A stretch of 64,000 nucleotides of DNA from the human T2T-CHM13v2.0 reference genome, Homo sapiens: NCBI RefSeq assembly GCF_009914755.1, contig NC_060929.1, one strand, 5' to 3'. The position numbers and the translations under genes were made by a program. Shown piece after piece: positions 46,990 through 60,650 of this stretch. Every line of letters starts with the position of its first letter. Within the stretch, counting starts at the first letter, position 1. A model generated the notes under the pieces. That model saw nothing but the letters and a program-made list of their open reading frames with translations, searched no databases and was not told where the DNA came from.

Positions 46990-49900
46990 CACTTCAGTCA
47001 GCTGTGGTGAAAGTTTCTAGGTCTTGACTCACACTTCAGGGTGGTGGGCTCCCCTCTAGCCTGGAGCAGTTTCAGAAATGCTGTCTAAGATCCTAGATCT
47101 GGACTTGGGGACTCCAAGAACCTTCTTGTTGCTCTACTTCACTGAGACCAAGCTGATACCTAAGGTACAGAACAAAAACCCCTTTACTGTTCACTATGCT
47201 TTTCTCAAATATAAGGAGTCTTTCACCACAGCCACCACAACTGGGAATGTGCTGGGCCACACATGTAGTCAGCAAGTCTCAGAGCCTAAGGCCCACAGCA
47301 TACCCACTGGATATCACTGGTGGTTATTCAGGGGCCCAGGGCTTTTAGGCAGTAAGTGATGAATCCTGTCAGGACTGAGTCCTTTTCTTCAAGACAGCTG
47401 GTTCCATTTTGTCCCTGTGTGTATCTAGAAATGTCATCTAGGAGCTAGGGCCTGGAATGCGGGACTCGTGAATCTGCCTGTGGCCTTATTCTACTCTGGC
47501 TGAGCTTGTATCCAAGATACAAGACAAAGTACTCTTTACTCTTTGCTCTCCTTCCTTGAAGCAGAAGGAAGGAGACACTCTTGTTGCTGTGAGCTGCAGT
47601 ACCTGGGGTTAGGAGAGGAGTGGCACATGCATTCTTTAGCCTCCCTGGCTATCATCTCCCTAGAGCATGTACCACCCTAGTCCTCTGGCTCTGAGCCCAA
47701 TCCAGCAATAGGAGTTGTCTAGGAATTGCAATTTTTGTGCCCTAAACTGCCTTTCGAATTTACCTAGAACCCCAGAGCACTTTGGCCCATGGTGGCAAGG
47801 CTTGCCAAGAAACTCAAGTTTCAACCAATGGGCTGAGCAATTCCTCTCTTGCTAGGTATGGTCCAAATGCTCCCTCTGTGTTCCAAGCACGAAGCTGTAT
47901 CCCAGCACAGCTTTGCTCTTTGCTGTGACAGGGTGATAGTGAGTTCAATGTAATGTCCTCTAGTTAGTGCACTTTTCGTCCCCCAGGTGCACACTCACCA
48001 TGCTGCAGCTTCAAGGCTGCTAGCAGCAGATGGGAAAGAGGTGGAGTCAGCATTTGAAGACTGTCTCTCTAGCCCTCCTAAATGCCTTTTCAATGATGTG
48101 AAGTTAAACCAGGTACTGTGATTACTCACCTGATTTTTGGTCCTTTTGGCAGTGCTTTTCTGTGCGCACATACTTGTTAAAATTTTGTTTTTGTAGGGGG
48201 ATAGGAATGTGTAGGCTTCTAAATCCACCATCTTGCTCTGCCCCAGCAAAACATTTCTTTTTATACTGAAATGTAATTTAGAAAATGTAGTTTTATGAAA
48301 AAAATAAGAATTTTGCTACAATATGTATTCATTGTTGAAATCAATAAATACAACAATCTTTATTGTTGAAGCAATGTTAAAACAAATTGTTTAATATTAG
48401 ATGTAATTTTCAACAGTGAAGAAAATTAATTGATCTAAAATCTCAAATTACTAAGGTTAGTTCTATTGTCCCAATGTATGCTTTTGTTCGTTTTTAATTT
48501 TTGAACATATATTACAAATTATTTTTACAAAAGATTACACTAAATATGCTTCATTTTTTCTCAATTGCTTTTTTAACACTGTGAAACTTTTCTCTAAGTT
48601 CTTCCATATTTTTAAATGATACAGTGATACCAAATATTATATAATTGATGCATTTTCTAAAATTCTAATATAAAATATTTTATATTTAAGATTCACACTG
48701 TAATGAGCAAAAATCTGCATACATTTATGCTAATTTCAATTATGAAATTAGAATAAGAATTAAAAATAGAATTGCAGGATCAGACAGAGTGAAAATTTTT
48801 TATGGTACACAATACAGTATTGATTACTAAAGATTATGTTAAGAGTATTCAATATAAAAAAAATCAACACTTAGATTTAAAATTCACAACCATAAGCAGA
48901 ATGGTAACGTGTAATCTGCCTACAAATCCTTCCACACTTATCTAACCCAGTGCTACATAAAAATAGTATAGAAATGGACAGTAAGCTTTTATAAAATGTT
49001 ATGGCAATTTGACAGAACAATGATAAGTCTGTTCAATCTAATAATAAAAATAAGTCTATATGTTGTACACCTTTAATTTCATTTTCCTGATAATTCACTT
49101 TTGTTGTGTTTTAGATACTCACAAGAGATTGAAAATTAAAAGCAAAATATGACAAACCATAGGCAAATGGCCTGAAAAAATATAGACTAGACCTCCTGAA
49201 GCTTGAAGAGGGCAACAAGAGCATTTAGAGAATTTATTGTATTGTTCATCCCTTTCTGGAGAAGAGCCAAAAAATTTGTCAAACTGGATCTTTTAAGGTG
49301 TGTACTTAAAGATGCATTGCCTTTCTACCTGGCAACATCAGAGGCAGAACTATAATGACAAAAATTTGGATTCTTCCAGTTAAGTACATAGGACTTGGAA
49401 TCACCAGCTCATATCCTGAAATATTTTGAGGGACTGTATCCAATCCATGCTACAGATGGGTAGCATGGCAATCCTTTGGTATCATCTGTGACCTAAGAAT
49501 CATGGTTTGGGGCCCAATAGCTGTTCTTCAGGAATGGTCAGGGACAGAGGTCAGCTTATGTAATGATACAGACTGTTGAGATGGTATAGCACTTCAGCAC
49601 TGCCTAGATTGATGGTTGCATTAAGCTACTTCTATTCTTTTTGTTTATCTTTGCACTAATGGCATAGCTACCCTAGTGATTATAGTTTTATAATATCATA
49701 ATATTACAAGTCTACTAGCTTTTTATTCGTCTTCAAGATTCCATTGGCTTTTCTTGATCTTTGCATTGCCATTTACAAAAACAGCTTGTAACATAGATAC
49801 TCAAATAAGATATTCAAATCAGTGGAGAGATTGGGAGATTGTTTTCCTTTTATAAATCAGATACATTTAGTATTTTATATGGATTAACACTTTTCCTATA

Positions 49901-52129
49901 AATCACACAATTTATTAACATTATCAAATATATCCAAATATGAATTACATAAATTATTTAATAAAAGCTTATGTTTTGTAATATAATTTATATCTATTAG
50001 AATAAGATGTTTGGAGGAACAATAGAGAGGCAAACTATTATTAAATTATTTTAATAAAAGAGGTTTTGATGATAATATTGTCACTTTAGTTTTCTTCATA
50101 AATGGATGATTATGGATTTACTCTCAGGAGCCCTAGGCCACTGCCCATTCTAAAGGAATATTCCCAGGGAATGACCAAAGAGAGTTGCTGTAAAATCCTA
50201 AAAGACCAAAAAGTCTAAACACTTAGTTCTATCCTTGAGTCTTTAGCTATATGTCAGGGCTTTGAGATTGCTGAAAAATCAAAACAACAGAAGAAAAAAG
50301 AAAGATCTTATTGGTAAGAATAAAAGATGAGACAAAAATAAATGAGAATTTGATAATTTCTCTTCAATAAGAGATTCCGTCATATAAATACCTGAAATTT
50401 TAAAGCCTCTTCCTGTTATAATCTATCAGTTCCTATTATAAAATACATTGATTCAAGAAAGATAGTTGTCCCAACTTCCTGTTTTGGGGAATAGGAATCA
50501 TATTTCTTTCTTCATAAAAGAACAAGCCTCATATATTCACACATTCTACTGTTATATTATCTCTTCTATTCAGTCACCAGACATGACGTTGTAATTTTCA
50601 GTATCAGTAGTGTATTTTTGCCCTCTCTTTCGGCTTCTGTGCTGTAATGGTGACCTATTAATAGTCTTTCTATTCTCTGTACTAACAAAAAAAAAGAAGA
50701 ATGTGAATAAAATGTATTAATTCAAGATTTATTTTAAAGTTATAGAAATTTTTCAATTTGAAATATATTATCTTAAAATAAGTCTATTTAACTAATTTTT
50801 GTATCATCTTATTGAAGCAACATGCAATTAATCAAAACTTTACCTTTCAGTTAAATGCTACTATTTATCAATTTTATTTGTATAAAATGAAATTTCTCTC
50901 TGAAGAACTAACTGGAGTTATCACAATAGAAAATAACATTCTGGTTTTCTTCTCTAAAGGATTTTTTTTGTGTGTGTTCTTTCTTTGTGTTTCTCACAAT
51001 AAATAGCTAGATTACAATAGCAACCTACCTGGTGAGCTGAAATGCCGTATCACAGGCTTTTAAGATACTGTGCCTCCCTGCTAATTTACTTTTTAATATT
51101 GTATACAAAAGACCACTTATGAATGATAAAACAAATCCTAGGAAAATGTAATGGGTCATCTGTTTCTAAACAAAGATCATTAAAATTTATTCTTCCATTA
51201 ACCAGCATATAGAGAATTTATATTAGATAATATTTTATAATTATGTTAAAAACAATAAGCAAAATAATATAAGTATTTATTGTTAACCTTTTTCTCCCAT
51301 AATTATGTTAATATGCCTGTCCTATTTATTTTAAATATTTTGAATATGTAAGCTAAGATAACTGATATGAATTATCTCTTGGACTAGATACAGATGTTAT
51401 TACATACTGTTAATATTTGCCTTTAAATATAAAGTATATCATCAGACTTACAACATTTTGTTATCAAATTACTAATTATAAAGATAAATCTAAATCATAA
51501 TCTTCAAAACAGCATGAAATTATTTGTTTCAATACTTGAGTTCATTAAGTATGATCTATTAGTATATTCATTTTAGTATTTGGCGCTCAGAATTTTTTTC
51601 TTTTAAAGACTTGAAACAGTTGTTTATATTTTAAGTGTATTATTTGAACTATTTATTTCTTGGTGTGTTTAACTGTTTTTTCTAGATTTATGAAGTACAA
51701 TCTGCTTATTATATAGTAAATATTTTAGATACATTTGTAAACAAATCTATGAATGTTCATCTTTCACTGATATATTGTTCCAGTACTGTATATTTCATCC
51801 TTTATATATTAACATTTGATACCATTAGAACACATGTTGTTGTATGCTGTGAATAATTTTTAAATGCTATTCAGTTGATGCAACACCAATATTTAAATTT
51901 TCTTGAAATATTAATTTACAGGTATGCATCATAATAAATTAATGGCTTTATACCTAGAGTTGTCCTGGGTATTCTATAACGAAAACTTATTTCTTTCACT
52001 TTGAATCCGCAAAGCAACTTTGTTGCTGTCATTTTTGTGTGCTTGGTTTGATTGTTTGTAATATAAATAAAATTTGATGTTCTTGGCCATAACAGAATAC
52101 TTTGTATTTTACTAACCATCCTATAGAGA

Positions 52130-52680
52130 ACAATTGTAAAAGCTGGAAGACACTAGAGATAAATCAGTGAGCTTTGAGGGACTCCAGTTCTTACAAGAAG
52201 AAAAGCACAGAGGTGCATTTTCTTTGAAGAAATTTTTCAAATGTTTTTCTTTTTTTTTCTCCAAGTGAACTTTCCATATTCACCTAGGGGTAAAGTGAAT
52301 GCAGGAAGCAGTGGTCACACTGGGCTCAGCATGCAGAGATCAGAGTTGGGGCTGCTAACGTGGCTTGGATATAAAACGAAATATTCCAAAGAGAATGGAT
52401 TTCCTACAAGGAGCCCAAAACTTTTGACACAGATTCTGCTCAAATTTATTGATCAGCTTCTAAGCTCACAGCCTAGAGGAAGTCAGCTAGAAGCTCAGCA
52501 GCAGTAAGAAAGAGGAAAGTTATATTCTTAGCAGATATTTCAACAGCTGTGTCATGCAAGATGAGATGGGCTGTAGTTTATGCTTTGCCAACAGGGTTGT
52601 GCATTGAAAAACACCTCACAATTTTAGAAGAGCCATGCTCTTGGTGGAAAAAATGTCAGATAACAATTCTGCAACCTGGT
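52130..52680 (+). mobile_element. Possible ancient L1M 5'-region fragment
   Basis: gcagagatcagagttggggctgct and cacagattctgctcaaat resemble L1M4/L1ME 5' sequence. Confidence 0.3.
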
Positions 52681-53288
52681 TCAATATATGTCATCAGTTA
52701 ATTTATCAGAATACTGTTTGACTTTCTGGAAGTGCTTCTCTATGACTCTTGACTCTTCCAGTGGGTTCTTGATTTCTCCTTGGTTTTGTCTTTTCCATAG
52801 TTAATGGCTTAAGTTTGCAACTAAGATGTTTCTCATTGTTTTGACATCTTAAAAATAAGTTTATTTCATAATTTATTTTTCTGGAAGAAACTAGGAATGC
52901 AAAAGGGTTTTGTTATTGGACCTAGCCAACTTGCTATTTGTTATTGGACCTAATCTTTACTTATTTATATTTTCTTTAATTTCTTGGCCTTCCCCCTGTT
53001 CATAAAAACTTTCTTTTCATTTTGTGTTGTCCTTTTTGAGTTTAAACTTGTAGTGCTTGTATCAGTATAATTATTTTTAAAATGCTTTTAGTTTCTTGTG
53101 AATTATATTGGGGTTTACTACTTGGGAAAAAAAGTCACATCTATGAATCTTTTTGAAACCATCCTTCTCTATATGGAGTCATAGTGAGACTCTTATTCAA
53201 CTACATCCTAAGCTTCTTAAAAACTCTATTGCTTAACAGGGAGGACTTGAGACACACTTATAAAATTCATAAAGTTTATTTTCTAGCT

Positions 53289-53497
53289 CAAAAGCAGGCA
53301 AACTTTTTCTTAAAGGGACAAATAGTAAACATTTTAAGCTTGTAGACTACATGGTCTCTGAAACAACTATTCCACTCTACTGTTGTAGAACAACAGCAGC
53401 CATAGATAATATGTAAACAAATGGACACGGATATGTCCTGTTAAAATTATTCAGAAAAACACATGGCCACCCATGAACTGTTGTTTTCCAACTTGTG
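53289..53497. mobile_element. MER58A hAT-Charlie element
   Basis: ggcaaactttttcttaaagggacaaatagtaaacattttaagctt...atggtctctg...gcagccatagataatatgtaaacaaatgg. Confidence 0.85.
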
Positions 53498-53577
53498 CTA
53501 CAACCATAGGTTCTATCATCTTTTTGATGCCCTACAAAGGATGTTTGTCCAAGAGACAACTTGCTGGGCAAGGCTAG

Positions 53578-53894
<317 letters not shown>

Positions 53895-53899
53895 TAGTT

Positions 53900-54905
53900 T
53901 TATTTTTAAGTCTAGTAAGTCCTGGTTCATTTATATTTTCTATTTTTTTTAAACATGAGTTATTTTTTATTAGTTGATTTCTTTCTCCTCATATTTTATT
54001 ATGGGCAGCTATAAGATGCCAATTGGCACAGTATGCATTTTACTTGGGAATCCTCCCAGCCAGCCATGAGTCTGTTAAGAGTACCCTTTCTATGTCCCAC
54101 ATTACTGCAGGTGACAGTGGTGTTAAACTGCACTACTGTACATGTAGGTTCCCCTTTACTACAACTCCTACTAACATTTTTCTCATTGTAAATTAAGCCT
54201 TAAACAGCAATCTCTTCCAAGCACTTCCATTTTTCCTAACACGCTACTGAAGCTTTTTCTAGCATTTACCAAGTCTCCTTGAGAATCTCCCATATTTTTC
54301 CTGCTGTCTAGTCCAACACTAGTGTCAAAGTAGTTAGCTTTTGGTTATGACAACACACCACTTTTGTTAGCAGATTCTCTGTTAGATATTACTAAATAAC
54401 CAACTATCCTAAAATCTGGGACCTCAAAACCATCAAGCATTTTAATACAGCCCATGATTTTTGGTAGTCAAAAATGGGGACGGGGCTCTGTGGAGTGATT
54501 TTTCAGTTCTGTTCAGTGTCAAGTGTTGTCATTAAATATTATTCAGCTGTGAACTAGATTGCTCTGGGTAATATAAAATGATTTTTCTTATATGCCTGGC
54601 AACTTTGCAGGGCACTTGAAAGGACGGACTTAGCTAAACCACTTTCTTTCTCCACTTAGTCCCAGAGAGTTTTTACATGGCCTCTTGGCAGAGAATTCAG
54701 ACTTCCTACTCAAATCTTGGAGATCCAAGTGATGGAGGCAGAAGTAATAGTCTTCGTAAATGCTAGATATTAATCTAGCTTAGTATCATTCAAACTATTT
54801 TCTATTTTTCAAAGTAATCATGGGCCAGCCCTCATTTGAGGTGGGGACACGATATGGATCCCATCTTTTAATAGGAAGATTGTCAAAGAACATGTGGCTA
54901 TTTAT
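53900..54905 (-). mobile_element. MLT1 (MLT1G/H-like) LTR at about 54379-54905 with adjoining MLT1 internal sequence (may extend left to about 52700)
   Basis: LTR motifs aataaccaactatcctaaaatct, tcaaagtaatcatgggccagccc, gtcaaagaacatgtggctattt; internal cacattactgcaggtgacagt...gttatgacaacacaccactt. Confidence 0.65.
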
Positions 54906-57531
54906 ACATATATGTGGCTGTTGGGACTGACATCTATAAAGTCAAACTTCAAAATATTCACCTTGCATATAAAAATTTGAATGTCACTTAAAAAATTCTG
55001 TCATCTTTTTCTGTCATGGGGTCTCTGGTATCTGATAACACATTATGATTTATTATATTTATTTTATTTAATATAAAGAAAATATTCATAAACTATTTCA
55101 TTGTAGATGTGTGTTTTAGGGGGGTAGTAGTGGTAGAATAATTTAGGTTTTATTAAATTATCTATATTTTGTTTTATTTATGTCATAAAGTCTGGAAGGG
55201 GTAGAAGACAAATAATTAATATGATATTAATAACTATTATTCTTTAAACCTCCATATGTAGAACCTAGAGAGCATGGTCTATTTTCCACTCTACTGCATT
55301 AATGAATCAATGCACATGTAAATGTAGGCCTGGAGCAAAAGGGGAAGCATTAGAGCTAAATCACTTTATAGAGTAGATTGGATATTATTGAATTCCTGCA
55401 GGAAGAATGAGTTGCTGTAGTATTTGAAATATGAAATGGTAGAGTCTAGGGAGATGAATCTTAACTATTTTATAAGATGCCTAGGGACATTTAATAAAAG
55501 TTATCTCTAATATTCAATTTTTGATTTATTTTTATCCTGAAATGTCAACCCCCTTTAAATTCCCAAAACTTTCAGTAAAATATGCTACAACATATTACAT
55601 GCTAACTAGAACTATTGAAGCATCATTTTTGGGTTCATTTGGATTTGCATTTTTTTAAAGGACCTATTTAGCCATCATTAACTTACTTTATTTAAATAAC
55701 TCACTACCCAATTTTTAAAAGTTAAAGCTACCTTGAAATTGATTTATTTAATATATATATTTGTGCAATTATTAGCCATGAATATAATGTGTGTTGAGAA
55801 ATTATTTAGCGATATGGTTGTACATATAGAAGTAAAAATAAAACTGAATAAAGTTTTCCACTCTTTATTATATGAAGTTTTCATATAGAAATGCAATTGC
55901 TTAAAATGTAACAACTATTCCAAATGGTCTAATATTAAATTAAAATGAATATTATATCTGTATATCAGTACAAAGTAATGTGCTGTTATTTGCAGGGAGG
56001 CCTATATTTGGTCCTCAATATTCAAAATTCATCAATGTTTCATTTGTTTTAAGTAATGCAGAAAATAGAAATTTTTAGAAAAGTCTCAGCTATTTGTCAC
56101 CTGTGGAGGTTCAGCAAAATCTTAGTGATTAATACATCTATAGAGCAGTCAATAGGTGACCTCTGATAAATCTGATTATTACCATATCACATGAATAGCT
56201 CATTTATCAGCCTTTGTATACCCTAGTTCTGTCTGTGCATATGCTGGAGAAAGATAATCACACAGTGCTTGGAACAAAGAAATTGGTTTGTTTTTTTCTA
56301 GTTTTGCAATTAAGAGAAAAAAAATAAAAACTGGGTTAGACAGATCAAAGATCTTTAGCTAAAAGGAATTTTATTTTCAAATTCAGTAAGAAAAAAGCCC
56401 AGGAAACAGAGTCTGTAAAGCTTGATATTATATTCTTTCCAAAACCAACCAGTAGGTAACATCTATGTATTCTAAAATTAAATCACACTAACATGCTTTT
56501 AATAAATTTCTGGATTTTTTAAGTTCATATGGTGAATATTTAACATCTCAATAATATTTTTATTTCTCAAAAAATAGACAATCTAAATTTAGAAACTTTT
56601 ATAATAAATGTGCTGTGTTTCAAAACTCATGATTATTATCTCTTCCACCAATTGACAGACTCTAAATTTGAACTTTTTTCAAAATATGTATATCTGTATT
56701 AATATCTCTCTTTCTATTATTAGGAAGAGCTATATTAAAAGACCTACTCAGTATTTTTGTCTCTCTGCTCACACATGTGATAAAGCAGTGTATTGTGCTA
56801 AATATTTTTGAGAAAAAGAACAAATTTAGTATTCTTGTATGTGTAATTAAAGTAGCATACACATTTAAAGAATGATTTAATGTTGAGTTACAATGCTTTG
56901 AATCTATCAAAAATTAATCCTCCCCAATTTGAAAGTAAACCTTTACGTTTATTTGTCACAATAAGCTCTCTCCCAGCATTTTACAAAGGAGAAAAAAACA
57001 AAATACTGAAGAGGTGATATTGAAATAACATAAGACGGTGAGATAACTCAGAGAATAAAAAACTGAAAATTACAGAGAGACGATAAATTCCAAATGACAT
57101 AGTGAAAAGTACAACATAACTATAACCCAGGGAATTTAATATAAGAACCCCTGTCCATACCTGCCCTTATTCAGGCGTACTTGCATTCAAAATGGTGACA
57201 TCCAAGTAGTTGATATGTACAGTACTTCACAAAGCTGAATATTATTAATGTACAGGCATAGTCCAAAGAAATCACTTTATAAAATAATCTTTCTTAAATA
57301 ATAAAACTTTCCCTTAATTTTAGAGAGAGTATGCAAATTTTTAAATTTATAAATATGCCTTTGACTTTGAAATTATCAAGTTACTGCTGAATGTCTGTTA
57401 TTTTGACATAAATAGTACTCCTCATAGGTTAGTGTCTTCTGCAGGTTTTTTATATGATCTTAGTATTATTCACTTTTATCTTAGCCAGACTTATATCAAG
57501 ACTTCAGTGCATTCTAATGGTTATGGTTTTA

Positions 57532-57616
57532 TTAGGTTGGTACAAGACTAACTGCGTTTTTTTGTCATTAAAAGTAATGACAAAAGCCGCAATTACCTTT
57601 GCACCAACCAACCAAA
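57532..57616. mobile_element. MADE1 MITE (Hsmar1-derived, about 80-bp palindrome)
   Basis: ta|ttaggttggtacaagactaactgcg...cattaaaagtaatg...ccgcaattacctttgcaccaacc matches the MADE1 consensus. Confidence 0.92.
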
Positions 57617-58902
57617 TATATCTATAAGCCAATACATCCAGACATCTTACATGTTTAGTAATGTCATTAAATATCAATTACATGTAATCACTGATATAAT
57701 CAGCAATCTTATCACATCTGATAATTTTTGAGAGATTTTCCACAATTCTATTTTTATTTCATTAATTTTTTATTTATATTTTTAAAAATTCTTTAAAAAT
57801 GAATATTATATGTGCATGATTTCTTACAAATGTCTAGGTATACTATTTACGATCAGGGGTCCAAACTGTTGATAACAGCTCCCTTCTCTAACTCAAGATA
57901 TTAGGGTAGATGAAGTCAAACTTTTAAGCTTTGTTCCACATATTGTAATTTTCCACATATTGTTATTGTTCAAATCTCGTGTTATTCATGAACTATATAA
58001 GCAATTCAGTGAACTCCAAAAAATGCTTTTGAATCTCCAATTTTCTCATGTAGATTGCAGTATAGGAGAAATGTGTTGCCATCTTTGTAATGTTTAAATT
58101 GAATCAATTACATCATTTTATCTCCTGTGATTCTTATTCCAGTAATTCAGCTCTTTTTGATTCCTTGACATTGATGCTATTTTTGTGTATGTAAACTGTG
58201 TCATTTGTAATCCATAAATTCCCATTAGCTCTTTGTTGTTTGTCCTCTAGCAGATCATTTTAAAGGGCTTATGAGAATTGCTATTATATTTGTCTTAGAA
58301 GGGGCTGGTTACTTTTTTGATCAAGCTGGTTATCTTATAAATAGTAATTACCCAGTATCTATCTTCTTAGGGCTCTGTACAAAATCTTATCACTGCACGT
58401 TTTTGACTCAAATAAATATTTATACAACCAATTTTATAAATTCATTTAAACTGTATGGAGCTATATGCTAATTTATTCTTTTCAAAGTAACATGTCATAT
58501 ACCTTAGAAGAATATATCCTAGGAGGCAATGATACTTCCAGAACATTATGGTTTTATAATTTGTGAAGGATAATTGAGAACTTTTCGATAGTCACAATTA
58601 CATTCATAATTGTTTTCAACATACCGCTTTGTTTATGTATTGTGAATGTTTAAAATTGTAAGGCCTTGGGATAAGATTTCCATATTAACTGTCTTACACT
58701 GTATTGTTTCTCCAGTTTTACCACATATACTTCAAAATAAATCATTTATTGTATTTCAACTTAGACTAAATTAATACATTTCAACTCAGAGTCATAATTT
58801 CAGTCCCTATTTTTTAGAAAGAAATGCAATTAGCTTTGATAGAATAACAATGAGGAAATAAAATATCCTCTAAGAACATGATTAGAAATATATATGCACA
58901 GG

Positions 58903-58904
<2 letters not shown>

Positions 58905-58939
<35 letters not shown>
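58905..58939. repeat. (TG)n microsatellite
   Basis: Directly visible. Confidence 0.95.
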
Positions 58940-58940
<1 letters not shown>

Positions 58941-59444
58941 CATTTGTCTTGGTTTGTGTTTGTCAGTACAGATATATTTCTACAATTTTTATTCATATCG
59001 TATTTAGTACTTAGAGTAACCAAGAAAATAATGAAAGTGCACTCATATGTATTATAGTGAACATTAAGATTCTGAAAGCAAATTCAGACTGATTAATACA
59101 GTCACACATACAAATTCCCAAGATATTATAAACAGTTTTAAAACATTCTAACAATGAAAAGGCCTTCAGAAATGTAAGGTTAAGATAATGGACTGAAAAT
59201 AGAAAAACAATATATTATCACAATGCAGGGGATAGGAATAATTAAGCAGTCAGGCAATATTCTTTTAATTTGGTGACCACAAATGTTATAGCTGTAAATT
59301 TGATCTCTGAAATCAGAGGAATTAAGTTTCTCACAAGTACAACATGGTTCCTGCCATCAAGTGGTAATAGTTTAACATAGTAATTGACAGCTAAGCTCAT
59401 ATAAATTCAAAACAATTTTTAAAAATGCATGCTTCTTCTAATAT

Positions 59445-59860
59445 GTTATTTAATGAGATTTATTTTGTATCTAATAAACATTAAAAGGTACTATTTAGTG
59501 AGTTTTAGTAGATAACATAGACCTCTGAAGTCACTAAAACAATACAGAACATTTGTGTCACCCCTGTAGTTTCCTTATGCTCCTTTGTAGTCAATCTCAC
59601 CTTGGCCTTAGGCAATCTTTTTATTGCTATAGGTTAGTTTGCATCTCCCCAAATTTCATAAATATGTAATCATACAGTATTCACTCTTTTGTGTTTCGCA
59701 TATTTTATTCTCATAATTATATTGACATTTATACATGCCACATATATCAACAGTTTGCTCCTTTTTATATCAAAGAGTAGCATTTCATTGAATAGCTGTG
59801 CCATGCTTTGTTCATTTACTCATTCTGCTGATTAAAGATTGCGTTGTTTCCGAAGTTTTG
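59445..59860 (-). mobile_element. L1MB/L1ME 3' fragment
   Basis: aatacagaacatt...tcacccc...tcctttgtagtcaatc...aatttcataaatatgtaatcatacagtat. Confidence 0.65.
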
Positions 59861-60504
59861 TACCCTAGAGGAATATTCCATGGTAAGACTCAGTATTGGG
59901 GTATGCCTATGTTCAAATGAAAATGAAATCAGGTGTGAAAGGATAAGCAGTTTTGCTTATTGCCTAGACCACAGATCAGCTCTCAGTAGATATTGATCAG
60001 GAAAGGGAATATGCAGAGGCCAATAATCTAGAAATTTATTCACTTTCTAAAGTTATTTATAGCCAAGCTTCCACAGAATATTTCCAATGATGATTATTCC
60101 AAATAAACCAGAGCAATAAAAACATGCTTCCTGTTTGGTTATGTGTTCTTCATTGTCCCTTTCTTGCCATTTATTATTCTTTCAAAGCCTTAATTATTTG
60201 ACATTCCGCTCCTATCTTAGTTCTTTCTTTTCTTAAAAATTTCCCTTGGCCTCTGAAGATTATTGAAATATTCATGTTCTACTGTCCAGAATATGAGTGA
60301 GTAGTCTACATTGTAAATGCCAGTTATATATTAGATTATCAATTGTGTACATTTTGAACAACTATATTTTAATGAAAATGATTAGCACTTTTATTAATAG
60401 AATGTAATCTCTAAAATAAAGAAATAAACTAAACAATGTCTACCAGAATGTAATTTGCAACTGCAACCTTGTTCTGTACTATGAAAGACAGAATTCATTC
60501 GTTA

Positions 60505-60650
60505 TTCAGTGTGTCCTCATAACAGACGTATAGCATGAATATTATTGCACACAATTTAAAGATGGAAAAAATGACCAATTAAGTAATGTGTTCAACTTTA
60601 AAAAGTAAGGGTATTTTTCAGTGCCAGTCTGTGCATCAACAAAGACAGTT
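60505..60650 (-). mobile_element. MIR fragment
   Basis: tcctcataaca...tattattgcacacaatttaaagatggaaaaaatga...attaagtaatgtgttcaa. Confidence 0.45.

Larger units (their letters stand above)
39791..48244 (-). mobile_element. Full-span L1MA2-like LINE-1 (both ends present; ORF1 largely deleted; nested LTR elements; internal inversion)
   Basis: L1MA1/2 3' end (ttttgatacaggaatgcaat...aatcacatcatg), ORF2 remnants ([22 protein letters not shown]; [15 protein letters not shown]), 5' end rc ggggcagagcaagatgg; degenerate TSD cagaaaaaattctttt / cagcaaaacatttctttt. Confidence 0.85.

Noticed and set aside
47080-47560. Internal repeat of about 350 bp period in the L1MA 5' region
   Set aside because: Repeated units are an expected feature of old L1M 5'UTRs.
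52909-52952. Direct repeat tttgttattggaccta twice (similar: ttccacatattgt twice near 57935-57963)
   Set aside because: Isolated two-copy micro-duplications are common and show no further structure.
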